Assembly: GCF_018350175.1 (NCBI RefSeq)
Contig: NC_058368.1
Coordinates: 148,802,001-148,866,000, forward strand
From: Felis catus
Taxonomy: Eukaryota
Length of the DNA stretch: 64,000 nucleotides
Direction of reading: 5' to 3'
The notes below the pieces were generated by a model. That model made no database searches and was not told the origin of the DNA. It saw nothing but the letters and a program-made list of their open reading frames with translations. Made by a program: the position numbers and the translations under genes. Positions 37,651 to 50,439 of the stretch are shown in pieces; the stretch's first letter is position 1; the number at the start of each line of letters is the position of its first letter.

Positions 37651-38160
37651 TAGATATTATACCTAAATTGAAAGACATAGCTCCACCTATGAAAGAATAG
37701 AAGCTCAAATAACAAACCTAGATTTAGAAGTTTTTTCTCATTCTAAAAGGTGTTTTAATCCTTTTACTTGTGTAAGTATTGCAATTTTACTTGAATCTAA
37801 GGGTAAAAACCTTGTGAACTAAAAGGTGAGTGTGGCCAGCAGTGACTTAGTTGTGCTTTCACTAGAGAAACTCATCTTACTGGAAATGTATTTTATTAAG
37901 GTCAAATGAGCTGAAGCCCATGGGATGTAAATTTATCTTCTATAACAATTTCTGGCTTATAGGTCATCTAGCCATGGGAATAACAACTTTCTGATTCAAA
38001 TAAAACCTTTGAAGGGATATAAGAGTACTCAGAAAGCTTGTGTGGATCAGCTAAACTTTGTCAAATAATATTTGATAGCTAAAGCATAGAAGCAGAAATA
38101 TATAGATCCAACTTATTTTGAAATAAGGATATATATTAAAATTGAGGGAAAATGTTTCTT

Positions 38161-38384
38161 TTTTTTTTAATTTTTTTTCAACTTTTTTTATTTATTTTTG
38201 GGACAGAGAGAGACAGAGCATGAACGGGGGAGGGGCAGAGAGAGAGGGAGACACAGAATCGGAAACGGGCTCCAGGCTCTGAGCCATCAGCCCAGAGCCC
38301 GACGCGGGGCTCGAACTCACGGACTGCGAGATCGTGACCTGGCTGAAGTCGGAGGCTTAACTGACTGCGCCACCCAGGCGCCCC
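38161..38384 (-). mobile_element. Young SINEC_Fc
   Basis: CpG-rich, near-consensus body; TSD TGTTTCTTTTTTTT. Confidence 0.97.
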
Positions 38385-40013
38385 TGTTTCTTTTTTTTTA
38401 AGTTCTTTGATGTTTTATGAACTCCAAATGCCCTCATGTGTTCCCATGCCTTTCATATGTGTGTTTCATCAGCGGCAAAGAAATCAATGAACATAAGGAG
38501 GTACTTGGGAAAGGCTGGCGCTTCTATTCTGTGCATTAGATACTAGGACTATTATTTTCAAAGAGAAAATATTTGAAGGTTTTCTCTTGAATATTAGTTG
38601 TAGTAAGTATTTAGAAGCTTTTCAATGTAATTACGTCAATGTCTAAGGAAATACAATGTTGTCAAAACTTGTATCATTTAAAATGCTCTATTTTTACTTT
38701 CTTTAGCACATGGTCAAAATGTAAATGTATCCTGCCTTGACCATATTGCTTTCTGACCTAGTTAAATAAGTATGCATATATTCATGAGCCAGGACTGTAA
38801 TTTAGTTTGACTTGCTTGTTTGTCTTTTACTGAGAAGAAACATGTATTAAAGTTAAGATGCAATTTTTAAACATATATATTAGTTAACTGGTCAATTCTA
38901 TATTTAAAGTTTGAGGAAAGGAATGGAAGGAAGAATGTGATGATTCATTTCATATCCGTATCATCCAGGGAATGTTGAAGTATGCAGAAATTAATGGATG
39001 AACATTAAAATATCCTTAATTTAATATTTCTGTAGTCTTCTTATGTGACTTAGAAAAATATCTGGAGTAAAGGAAATAATGAGATATGTTTTGTTTCCAT
39101 ATTCACCATATTTCTGAAACTAAAGCAACCTGCAAATGCAATTATAGTAGGGCCTCAAACATGAAATTTAGTAGAAGATAACTAGTAAGACCTATAAATC
39201 CAGAGACCTTACAGCATCTTTAATTGAATGGAAATTAGGAGCAGGTTACTGGGTGTATAGTATGCAGAGCCACTTACACAGTAGTGATGGAATGAGATAC
39301 TATGAGATACCTATTTTGTTTCCACAAATTCATTAATGATCTGCATTTAAGATGAGACTTTGAGTACTAGAGGAGGTGGAACCTTTTTACAAGGCACCAT
39401 GTATTCCTTTGTGTGAGATTGAAAATTTTTGAGACGATTATTTGCATAAGTACTCATTACATAACTCAATCAATAAGGTCCAAAAACAAACATATACAGC
39501 AAAGTCATTTAATGGCAAAATTGTGACTTTGATTCATTGAAAGTTTTATGGAAGTACTTTTCCTATCAAGTAAAATTACTAAGTTCTGTCTAATAAAACA
39601 ACCTCAAATAATTTGATGTAGTAATTGAATAATAGACTTATTTAATTATATTACTATCCACACAAATCTAAGATAAATTATTTATAGCTTGAAAAACTAC
39701 TGAGGAGATCACCAGCTAACAAGCTGAACACAATACTCTATGAATAGTAATAACAAAAATTCAATATGTTTGAAAGCACGGGGTGGCACAGAGACATCTG
39801 GTCTTACTTTTCCTTAAGGGCTTAATACACACACTTAAAGAAGAAAGCCATATGACATAAAATTTTTGATCATGTTATTTAAAGAAGGAAGTAAAAATAA
39901 ATTTCTTCCAGAAAGCATTTCTTTGTATCTTGATTTTTTTTTTGTAACTTGTTTTTCTAAAATGAGAGAAGAAATGTTGGCCTGGAGTCTGTTGAAGAAG
40001 AAAGTACAGGGTA

Positions 40014-40191
40014 GGTTGCCTGGGTGGCTCATCCTGTTAAGTGTCTGATTCTTGGTTTCAGCTCAGGTTATGATCTCACGGTTCATAGACTCAAGCCCCA
40101 CATCATGGAGCCTGCTTGAGATTTTCTCTCTCCTTTTCTTTCTGCCCCTCCCCAGCTCATGAACTCTCTCTTTCAAAATAAACAATCTTGA

Positions 40192-40255
<64 letters not shown>

Positions 40256-40266
40256 GAAAGAAAGAA
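40014..40266 (+). mobile_element. Can-SINE whose tail is a (GAAA)n microsatellite
   Basis: SINE head with an internal deletion; about 16 GAAA units at 40190-40253. Confidence 0.92.
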
Positions 40267-42199
40267 CAACGCAAATAGGTAGAGAATGGTAAAAGAAAAT
40301 AATCTCTCCAGCAATCCAGTAACCGAAAGTTAATGGAATCTTTCAGATCCTCCTTAAATGTTTCAAATTAATCAGAGTAGAGTATAATCCAGACACTGAA
40401 AAAAATATTGTGTTTTAGTAGGTTCAGAATAAAGGTTCTAGAGGTATTCAGTTTTTTATATGCTCTCAGTTCTGTACAGTGCAAAAGCTAGAGTTTCCCC
40501 CTCAAAATATATCTAGTATCTGTGCTCCACCATCATCAAATGGGAGCCTAATACAAGAACACTTGTAAATCGTTTCAAACTGCATATGAATGCAAAGAAT
40601 CACATTGCAAAGTATTCTGTTTCTATATGTGTTTTTCCTTAAATCTCCCCTTAATTGACTGCCATAGGCAGAAAAACATCCTAGTAAGAGAATAATAGCC
40701 TCTCTATGCTGAAAAGATAAATGTATGCAGGATGATATTAATTGCACCAAGTGGTAATTATACAAGATAAATGTATGCAACAAAGAGTTTTCAAGAAATA
40801 AGGTTCTTGTGCATTTCCCTCTTTCCCACGTTTATTAGTTTATTAAATAACTTTGTGTCACAGTAAAATTCCTTTTATTAGCCTTAAGGAGAATTGAGAA
40901 TTTTAGCAATTAGTTATAAATTGATTCAGTTTCAAAACTGTAGCTGTTAATGCGATTATGCAAAATTAGCTATAAAATGAACCAACTACTCAAAAATAAA
41001 TGAAAAAGAAAAGACTCTCATCAACAGATAGCAAGTTAGTGATCACTATTAACTTCCACAGTAGACAAAGTATCACATTCAAGGAGATGTGATTATTGCC
41101 CTGGAATATCACCATTCCTTTGCATTTTCTCTTTATAAGGAATTTTCAAAAGTAACTAACTTATTCGAATGCATTCAACAAATATTTAATGTTTACTTTG
41201 TAGATGAAATCACAGTCACATGTAGTTGTTTAGTTCTGATGAGAATGAATAATTAAATAAAAGTCTAATCCAATCCTTTAAAGAATTTCAAAGATGTCCT
41301 TAATGGCATTTATTTGCTAAACATTAGAGCAGCCCAGTGAAGACATATTTCACTGACCTTGGCCCTGTGTCTAAGTTCCAGTAGGTAGGAAGGGTCCTGA
41401 TAATGCCAGTCACAGGGGATAGCCAGAATGCCACCACAACAACTCTTTGTTCTTAGCTGCTGATCCTATTTGTATGCTGACACTAGGTGATGTTAAAAAA
41501 AAAAAAAAAAAAAAAAAAAGACACTTTGAGGACAGTGCATTTGATTTGCATGTCTCCTTTTAAGATAAGATACTACAAAGTATGCATTTCTGAAGGGTGA
41601 CTACAAACCAAAAATGACTTAACTAGTCAAAAAATAATAATATTGACACTTCTTTATATACTTATTGAAAAAGTAAGATACGATGGCAAAATAGAAAAAA
41701 AAAATTGCCCAACAGAGAAATTAGGCAAATTTTATTCCCTGAAAATTAAAGTGAGGTGAGACTGATGAAGAATACATACAACAAAAGTTAGGTATCTGTC
41801 TCTTATAATCGGAGGCAAATATTGTAAACTGGGTGACAGACAACCTCAGAGAATGAAGATTTTAGAGATAACACCTCTCAGTGTCATCGCTGCTGCTGGA
41901 AGTGCATGTTTGCTATCTGTCATTTGGAGTATTTCCTGTGTCCTAACTGCTCCTCCCCCAAACAAAATCTAATCATAAATCGTATATTTGCTCCCCATTG
42001 CTTACAGGATTAAGCATTGGATCCTTGATCCAATATACAATTCACCAACTAGTATGTATACCTGCCTCTCTAAATATAGGCTTAGGTATATATATTGCTC
42101 ACCCCTTCCATGTCCATTTCGACTCATATCCTAGTCTTAGACATATACTCATAACTTCTGAACCAACCTGTTGTGTAGTTTTGTGATTTTTTCGATATT

Positions 42200-42515
42200 C
42201 TATTAGGCAGGAGTATACCACACATCCTTGATTTCGTATAAAGCAGCCTCTCAAATTTCAGTGTTTAACTCCAGCATATGTCTCCTATGATGCTTTTTGT
42301 GGCCATGCTAGTAAAATTTAGCATTCCCTCCTTAGACTTTTCTTGATATTTTGTCCAATTTTTCTATCCTAGCATTAATCACACAGTTGATTTAAAAATA
42401 GCATTTTCTTGTACTAGTCTACAAGCTTCTGGAAAGTGGGATTACATTTTGTTTGCATTTCTACCCACTATCTGTAACATAGGCCAGGTGCTTAATAAAG
42501 ACAATGAATGAATGC
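42200..42515 (+). mobile_element. L2 3' end remnant
   Basis: CTAGTCTACAAGCTTCTGGAAAG...GGTGCTTAATAAA...TGAATGAATG. Confidence 0.65.
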
Positions 42516-43349
42516 AACCTGGGCTAAATACTGCAAGAGAAATAAAGTAGAAGAGAAATGTTTCAGATGTGAAGAAACAGGAAAGGCGGTGATTAGCACA
42601 TTATATTTGCTCAAGGAAGAAAAGTAAAAATAATTTTTAGGTCTTTTTCTCTGTGGTTTAGAATGGTTCTTCAGAATTGATTCAGGAAGATAGTTCAATC
42701 CTGGAACAAATTCTGTATATTTGGTTGCAACTTCCTGATCACTATCACCTTTGGAGAACAAAAGCAAGTACAGTATGTATGAGTGAAAACTTAAAAAATC
42801 TCTTTTACATTATCACAGCCAAATTGTGGTCAAGGCTCACATGACTTTATGTCTGATTGCTGACCAGTCTCTGATTTTATTTTCTCCCCTTCAAGGCAGT
42901 TACCAACAGATTATCTTCTTCAAGCCCTCTATTCTCTTATCATGCCAATCCTTTGGTCATATATTTTTAATGACTTGAGGTATAATTTTGCCTGTCCAGG
43001 GAATCTCTTTATTTTTTCCCCCATAATTTGTAAATTTTGGTAGCAGAGATTCTGACTTAGGATGCCTCAGTCAGGGTCCATAGTCGTATATTTAAATTAA
43101 AATAAATGATTTTTATACATATCTATGGTGGGAAAAAAACATTTAAAGGCCAAATACAGACATTACCCAGAAATCCAATGTCCTTTGTTATCTGGTTTCA
43201 GACTAGCTTTCCAACATCTCCCACTGCTTTGCCCCATAAACAATTTACTTTAATGAGTAAGGAGGAATCACACTACAGTGTCTTAAAATCTTTATGATGT
43301 TTTAGCCACTTGATCAATTTTTCATTTTATTAGTCCTGACTGAAGAATT

Positions 43350-43540
43350 TGTAAAAGAGCACAAGGTTTAGTACAAATACGATTTTAGAGTCAGCCTAAC
43401 CCTACTTTGAATCCATATCCATCCTTTGCTACCTCTGGGATTGTCAGATTCCTTATCTTTAACTTGTGCACATTAAAGAAGATAATACAAGTGAAGTATC
43501 TGGTGAAGTAGAAGTTTTAAATTAACATTGGTTGCTTTTC
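43350..43540 (+). mobile_element. MIR remnant
   Basis: TTTTAGAGTCAG...TTTGAATCC...TTCCTTATCTTTAA. Confidence 0.5.
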
Positions 43541-44610
43541 TCATTATCTAGCCATATATATTTGCAAGCTCTTTGATAGCATTTACCTGTTTACTTGTAC
43601 TTTGATCATCTTCAGTTTTATAATTCCTTTTAAATGGAATTATAAACTACAGGACCACTTCTTAAGTCTCCCCAAGCTTTACATTTCACAATTCTAGGCA
43701 GCATCTATCATAGAATTAGATAAAATGGTCCTTTCCATCTTTTGGGAGCTCAACTATGCATAGCTACATTTGGAGCCCAGTAAGCTGTGTTTATGGTAAA
43801 TACTCAATGTGTATATGCTTTGGCTTTCAGACAGATAAATAAACTTTGACATTAATAAGTATCAAAATTTTGAGAGGGGGGGAAAGGAGGAAGAACTTCT
43901 ATATTTTGTGTGCTTTTATCTCAGTTAAAATTTTATATTTGGAAGATGGTATCTTCCCTAATCTGTTTTTAGAGTTTATTGCTAACCAAGCTATGAAAAT
44001 TAATGACACAGAACAAAGGGATTGCAGTTATTTAGGAAATAAGTGTCTCATAAGAGAGTTGGTAATATGACAAATGTCTTTTGAAACAGCACTAATACCA
44101 ACTCAGCATAGTGGTGAGAATGTGCATTAATGTCTTATGGGACACATTTGAAATGATTATGCACTTGCCTTTGACATGATTGTGATAGGACCATGACATG
44201 GAAGTGTTGCATTTTATTTTCTTTGACTACTACCTGTAATACTGTGTACTATGGGTCAGTGGTAGACCAATGTATTGATTGTTAGGAGGCAGAAGTTAAT
44301 AAAGAGGCAGTCAGCTAGCACTGCCACTTTTTTGAGTTTCCACTTGGATGGTCAGATGCTCAAATATCATTTAGGTATTGGGTATACACCAAAGAAGCAG
44401 TAATTTAATTTAATTTTTATTCAGACTCTGTGAACATAAAAATTGTATATGACCGTAATCTTAATTCTCATTGTTGAAAATAAAACTTGAGCTCATTTCT
44501 TTCTGAAATAAATGTTAGCAGTAGTCTTTGTGTTAAATAATTGTTTTAGATATGGACATTGGTGTTTTGCAAAGAGAATTTAGCTCCTGGTTATTGAAGT
44601 ATATATTGGA

Positions 44611-44611
<1 letters not shown>

Positions 44612-44641
<30 letters not shown>

Positions 44642-45030
44642 TGTATGTATATATACATACATGTATGTATGGATATATGTACGTATATTAAGCACATATG
44701 TATGTATATATTCAATATGTGTATATGTATGTTACCATATATGTTATATATATATCATATATATACATATCTACACTCTTACTGAATATGTATGTATATT
44801 AAGCACATATGTATGTATATATATTCAATATGGATATATGTATGTTAACATAAATATGTTATATATATGTTATATATATAGAATAACATATTTACATATA
44901 TATGCTATACATATAGGATATATAGGATTACATGTATATACATATATATGTTAACATACATATACACATATTGAATATATATACATACATATGTGCTTAA
45001 TAAACATACATATTCAGTAAGAGTGTGGAT
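44612..45030. repeat. AT-rich (TATG/TA) compound repeat containing a 90-bp-arm inverted repeat
   Basis: 44769-44858 is the reverse complement of 44941-45030 with 5 mismatches; an extra direct partial copy lies at about 44677-44745. Confidence 0.93.
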
Positions 45031-45234
45031 TTCCTCTCCTGTCCCTAATTCTGACACTCTTAACACTGCAAAGAAAATTAACTTTAACCAATTCCTTAGA
45101 AGTAGAAGACCAAACATTTCTTTCTGACTCATTGTGTTTTGTTTCCTTGAATTTTTTTGAAGCTTTAAAGACGTGTTATGGTAATTTTATAATTCAGTCT
45201 GGTTTAATTGGTGCACTTAAAAAATGGAAGTATG

Positions 45235-45453
45235 GGGGCGCCTGGGTGGCGCAGTCGGTAAGCGCTCAACTTCAGCCAGGTCACCATCTCGTGGTCCGTG
45301 AGTTCGAGCCCCGCGTCGGGCTCTGGGCTGATGGCTCGGAGCCTGGAGCCTGTTTCCAATTCTGTGGCTCCCTCTCTCTCTCTGCCCCTCCCCCGTTCAT
45401 GCTCTGTCTCTCTCTGTCCCAAAAATAAATAAACGTTGAAAAAAAAATTAAAA
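45235..45453 (+). mobile_element. Young SINEC_Fc
   Basis: Perfect TSD AAAAAATGGAAGTATG at a TT/AAAA L1-endonuclease site; most CpGs retained. Confidence 0.97.
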
Positions 45454-46089
45454 AAAAAATGGAAGTATGTGTTTTAAAAGTGTGGCAAGGCTCTTATCAG
45501 TGAAGCTTGTATTTAATAATGATTTGTGTGGAGGCAAAAATGCTGAAAATAGTGCTGTTGGCCTTTGGCTCTCTATTGCAAGAGCAGTATACACTAATGG
45601 CACAGTAAGTGTTTGTCTCTTTCAGAGATGAATCTGAGCAGAAATTCCATTTAAAATGTGAACAAGGGCATAGAAAGTTATTTTGAAAGTGGAGATGTTG
45701 AGAAATAAGCTTGTCAGCTGTTATCCTTGGCCACCCTTTTGAATGAAATTCCCATTGTATCTATTATATAGGCTACCTACACATGGTTTTTATTTTTCAA
45801 GTACCAATGATCCATTCCATGAGAGCCTGAAAGTTACTAAAAATGGTTTATCAGTGCCTGTAAACAGACTGCTTTATTGTACATAAACATAAACCAGCCT
45901 GGGACTAGACATAAGTTTAAGGAGTTAAAAGTTAACAATGTTGGTAATTTTCAAAATGTATCACATTTATCCTGGAACTTCATGCCCAACTTCTCTTTAC
46001 AATCATGAATTACGCAATTTAAACTGCAGAAAAATGTTGAATAACCTAGAGAAGTAGAAAGAAACTTGCTAGTCAAATATGGTTAATTA

Positions 46090-46310
46090 GGGGCACCTGG
46101 GTGCCTCAGTAGGTTAAGCATCCCACTTTGGCTCAGGTCATGATGATCTAGTGGTCTGTGGGTTCGAGCCCCACATTGGCTCTGTGCCGACATCTCAGAG
46201 CCTGGAGCCTACTTCCGTTCTGTGTCTCCCTTTCTCTTTGCCTGTCCCCTGCTTGCACTCTGTCTCTGTCTCTCAAAATAATAAGTAAACATTAAAAAAA
46301 TTCAAAAAAA
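46090..46310 (+). mobile_element. Can-SINE
   Basis: TSD CAAATATGGTTAATTA/CAAATAAGGGTAATTA. Confidence 0.95.
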
Positions 46311-46500
46311 CAAATAAGGGTAATTAATAGTTTTCTCCAAAGGTTTTTCTAAAAGAAAAAATCCTAACACATTGTATTTCTGGATTAGTCATTCATGTCT
46401 ATCCATAATATATTTATGTGGAAAAACACTACATAGATTCTATTGAACTTTTAAGAAGAATAATTATTCATATAAGTGGATTCTCTAACAATATTTACAC

Positions 46501-47106
46501 TGTGTTAGGGTTCAACAGAGAATTAGAGTCAATAGGATATATATGTTAATATATATTTATATTGATTAATAATAAATATAAATATAAAATATTTATATTT
46601 ATAAATGTAATATAAAATATATATTTGAAAAGAAGTTGTTAATGAGGATTTGGCTCACACAATGATGGAGGCTCAGAGGTCACACAGTCTGCTATCTATG
46701 AACTGAAGACCTAGGAAAACCAATGGTGTAGTTCCACTCTCAGTCTGAAGGCCCGAGAACCAGGAGAACTGATGGTGTAATTCTAGTCTGGGTCCAAAGG
46801 CCTGAGAATAGGAGAGACTGATAATATAACTTTTAGTCTGAGTTCAGAAGATGGATATCCCAGCCTACACGCAGGCAAAGGAAGTAAATTCTCCCTTCCT
46901 CCACCTTTTTGCTCTCTTTAGGCCTTCAGTGGATTAGATGATGCCCACACACTGGGTAGGGCAATCTGCTTTAATTATTCCGCCAATTCAAATGCTAGCT
47001 TCATCCAGAAACATACTCACAGACACCCTCAGAAATAATGTTTAAGTAAATATTTGGACATCCCGTGACCAGTTAGTCAAGCTGACACATAAAATCAACC
47101 ATCACA
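46501..47106 (-). mobile_element. ERVL solo LTR (MLT2B-like)
   Basis: Minus-strand start TGTGATGGTTGATTTTATGTGTCAGC; GGATTAGATGATGCCCAC; TTGGCTCACACAATGATGGAGGCT. Confidence 0.9.
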
Positions 47107-47439
47107 CATGTGCATTTTTGCAAGATCTTATGAGGATCAGGTAGAATAATGAAAATGTAATACTTTCTATATTCTAATATTAAGAATTTTCTGAATATTA
47201 AGTTGCCATTTTATAATTGTTAGCCTTTATAGCAATAATAATGATTTTTCATTGTATAAAACCGAACAAAAATATCATAGGAAAAAAAATTAATCATATT
47301 AGAAAGGAGAAAAATAAAGAATGATTATGTATACCAGAAGATGCATACTATGAAAATAATTTACTTTCGTTTTAAGAGCCCAGGGTATATCAGGTTCTTC
47401 CTCCTTTTCATATACATTGATAATATAGTTATGTGTTTG

Positions 47440-47575
47440 TATATATCAGCATTTAAATTAGATTATGAATTACTTGGTGACATTCTCAGTTCTTGTGTCA
47501 TTTATTTTTATCCTCGGTGTATGCCACCAGGCTAATGATACGATGTTGGAACTCAGTGAGTATTTGTTAAATAAT
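47440..47575 (+). mobile_element. L2 3' end remnant
   Basis: TAGATTATGAATTACTTG...CTCAGTGAGTATTTGTTAAATAA. Confidence 0.55.
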
Positions 47576-48099
47576 TGTATTGGTTACCACTAGGGCACAG
47601 AAGAGCACAGAATAAACCTTTGTGCCAGCTAGAAAAAGGTGAGTCTTCTGGGAAGACAATTAGATGAAGGGCTTCTTCCTTCAAGGCTAGTGTTGTAGAG
47701 TTCATTGTTGGGAGAATAGGGAGAAATCTGGATTTCATGCTTCTTAGCAGGTCACCTTGTGTAGGTTGGTGTTGAGCACAAAATCCTCAGACATATGTGG
47801 CGATACTGGTCATTACTATTTCCTCAAGGACCGCCTAGTTATGCAGCCATGTAGGTGGCATCATTTCGGCCATGAAAAAGAAGCCAGTTTGTCTTTTGTG
47901 TCATCCGTGTGGTTTAATCACATAATAAACTTAATAATATAAATCGTAACCATCTGTGGTTTAAGGCAGGTTTATTCTAGTTGCATAGTTATTGTAAACG
48001 CATATATTCATTATAAAAATTACCAAGGTAAGTCAGTACAGAAGGAATCTAAATTCATTACCACCATCAGAAATGGAACTCAAAACATTTCCCATGTTC

Positions 48100-48302
48100 T
48101 TTTTTTTAAATTTTTTAATGTTTATTTATTTTTCAGAGAGACAGAGAGAGCATGAGTCGGGGAAGGGCAGAGAGAGAGAGGGAGACAGACTCTGAAGCAG
48201 GCTTCAGGCTCTGAGCTGTCAGCACAGAATCTGACACAGGGCAGGAGATTATGACCTGAGCTGAAGTTTGACACTTAACTGACTGAGCCACCCAGGTGCC
48301 CC
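48100..48302 (-). mobile_element. Can-SINE
   Basis: TSD AACATTTCCCATG(T/C)TCT. Confidence 0.95.
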
Positions 48303-48839
48303 AACATTTCCCATGCTCTGAAACAGAGTTACTCATGCCATAGGGAGCTGCCAGTTTCTGAGTCAGGGTATAATGGAAACCAAAATATAAAACATGGATT
48401 ATCTTCCTGTGGAGCATCAATATTTCTTAGCCTTTCAAGGAGGAAAGTTCAAATTCTATCCTGTCATAAGATTTCATCAAACAAAATTAATACAAAATTG
48501 TCCATCAATATGTTCTGGGTTTGCCAGAGAAAATATTTTATGAGTAGTACTTATGAAGCATAGTACTTAAGAAGTTCGTATTTTTCTGTAACGTGGGTCT
48601 CTGATGGCATTATGTGGCAATTTAATCCTAGTGAACAAATTTGTTACTGCTGATGTAAAGGTGATAATGCCAGAGCCCACATAGAAAGTCCTAGTTCAAC
48701 CAAAGCAACAGACTGGAATGATGGAATGACTAGCTTCTCTGATGGTAGTCAGCATTCCCAAATCACAACTCATTTTTAGGAACATTTTTTTTTCACAAGC
48801 GCTGGACATTGTATAAAACCATGTGGGCTTTTTTCCCCC

Positions 48840-48893
48840 TTCTCTCTCCTTCCCCTGTCTCTGTCTCTGTCCCCCTGTCTCTGTCTCTCTCTG

Positions 48894-48937
<44 letters not shown>

Positions 48938-48938
48938 A
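48840..48938. repeat. Compound (CTGTCT)/(CT)n(CA)n microsatellite
   Basis: Seen directly in the sequence. Confidence 0.95.
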
Positions 48939-49206
48939 TGCTTTATTTTCATATAAGTCAACAATCTATTATAGTTGTTTTAGATCTAAATGTAAATTGC
49001 AGCTGTGGGATTCCAGTTTCCATTCCACAATGCAATAATATTAGTGTTGATGTTAGTAGTAACTTTTTCTGCACCTTTAAAAAAATAACAGTGTTTAAAT
49101 TAATATATATATTTTTTCAGGAATTTGATCACTAAAAGTAGAAAGTTTGAAATATGACCATGAAGAAATAAAAATTATGAAATACATTAAGACAGATCCA
49201 GAATGT

Positions 49207-49420
49207 GGGTGCCTGGGTGGCTCACTTGGTTAAGCGTCTGACTTCGACTCAGGTCTTGATCTCGCAGCTTGTGAGTTCAAGCCCCATGTTGGGCTCAGTG
49301 TTGCTAGCTCAGAGCCTGGAGCCTGCTTTGGATTCTGTCTCTCTCTCTCTCTCTCTGACCCTCCCCCCTTGCACTCTGTCTGTCTCTCTCAAAAATAAAA
49401 ATAAACATTAAAATAATTTA
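49207..49420 (+). mobile_element. Can-SINE
   Basis: SINE head and tail; TSD AGAATGT. Confidence 0.93.
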
Positions 49421-49564
49421 AGAATGTTACATAAACAGAATCAAACAGTAAGTAACCTTTTGGGACTGGATTTTACACTCAATATAAATCTCTAGAGGAC
49501 TACCCAGATTGTTTCACGTATCGATAGTTTGTTCGTCTTTTTTTCCCCAATCCAGTGAAATATC

Positions 49565-49755
49565 TTTTTTTTTTTTTTAGTTTTCATTTATTATAGAAGT
49601 ATAGCTGATACACAATGTTATATTAGTTTCAGGTGTATAACATACTGTTTGGACAATTCTAAACATTACTTAGTGCTCACTATAATAAGTGTAGTAACCA
49701 TCTATCAACATATAACATTATTACTATATTATTGACTATATTCCCTACACTGTAC
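49565..49755 (-). mobile_element. Short L1 3' end (L1_Carn/L1MA-like)
   Basis: Poly(T) then ATGTTATATTAGTTTCAGGTGTA...ATATTATTGACTATATTCCC, the reverse homologue of 8680-8830. Confidence 0.85.
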
Positions 49756-50137
49756 CATAATTTGTCCATTTTTACTGCAGAGCTGAAATCCCTGGTATAG
49801 TTGTTCTTCAGCTTATATAACCACTCACCCTTTGAAGTCTGGGTTGTTTTAGAGAGATCAAGCTTTTGTTGGGGTAATTTTATTAACACTGTTGGTATTT
49901 TTTTTTGCCAGCTTCTTCTGCTCCATCTAAGGATAAATGACACAAAAAGAAAACCAAGAGAACTCACCACTGTGTTATCCCTTCACAATCTGTCTTCTCT
50001 TCACCTTTCAGAGTCTTGTGTTTGTTTTATATATAATATCTAAGGACTTTAGTTGTATTTAACGAGAGAAATAGAAAATCTCATTAAGTACATCTCCTGG
50101 AAGTACACATCCAGGGAAGAAATTTTGATCAATCACA

Positions 50138-50439
50138 TTTTTTTTAATTTTTAAATTTATTTTATTTATATATAGAGAGAACATGCACATGGTGGGGGGT
50201 GGATAGGAGAGGAGAGGAGAGGAAAGGAGAGGAGAGGAGAGGAGAGGAGAGGAGAGGAGAGGAGAGGAGAGGAGAGGGGAGGAGAGGGGAGGAGAGGGGA
50301 GGATAGGAGACGGAATATCAAGTAGGATCCCTGCCTAGTGTGAAGCCTGACTCAGGGCTCGAACTCACTAACTGTGAGATCATGACCTGAGCTGAAACCA
50401 AGAGTCAGACATTCAACCGATGAGCCACCCAAGCACCCC
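50138..50439 (-). mobile_element. Can-SINE with internal (GGAGA)n expansion
   Basis: About 20 pentamer units at 50205-50310 in place of the SINE AG tract. Confidence 0.92.

Noticed and set aside
41495..41519. Isolated poly(A) runs (also 60360-60392) as processed-pseudogene tails
   Set aside because: No upstream ORF, recognisable element or TSD.
44533..45132. Tyr/Ile/Val/Met/Cys-rich ORFs
   Set aside because: Artefacts of TATG/TA repeats; the mirrored peptides only reflect the inverted repeat.
45540..45610. ATG-initiated hydrophobic peptide MLKIVLLAFGSLL followed by GTAAGT
   Set aside because: No promoter context or downstream exon support; compatible with chance.
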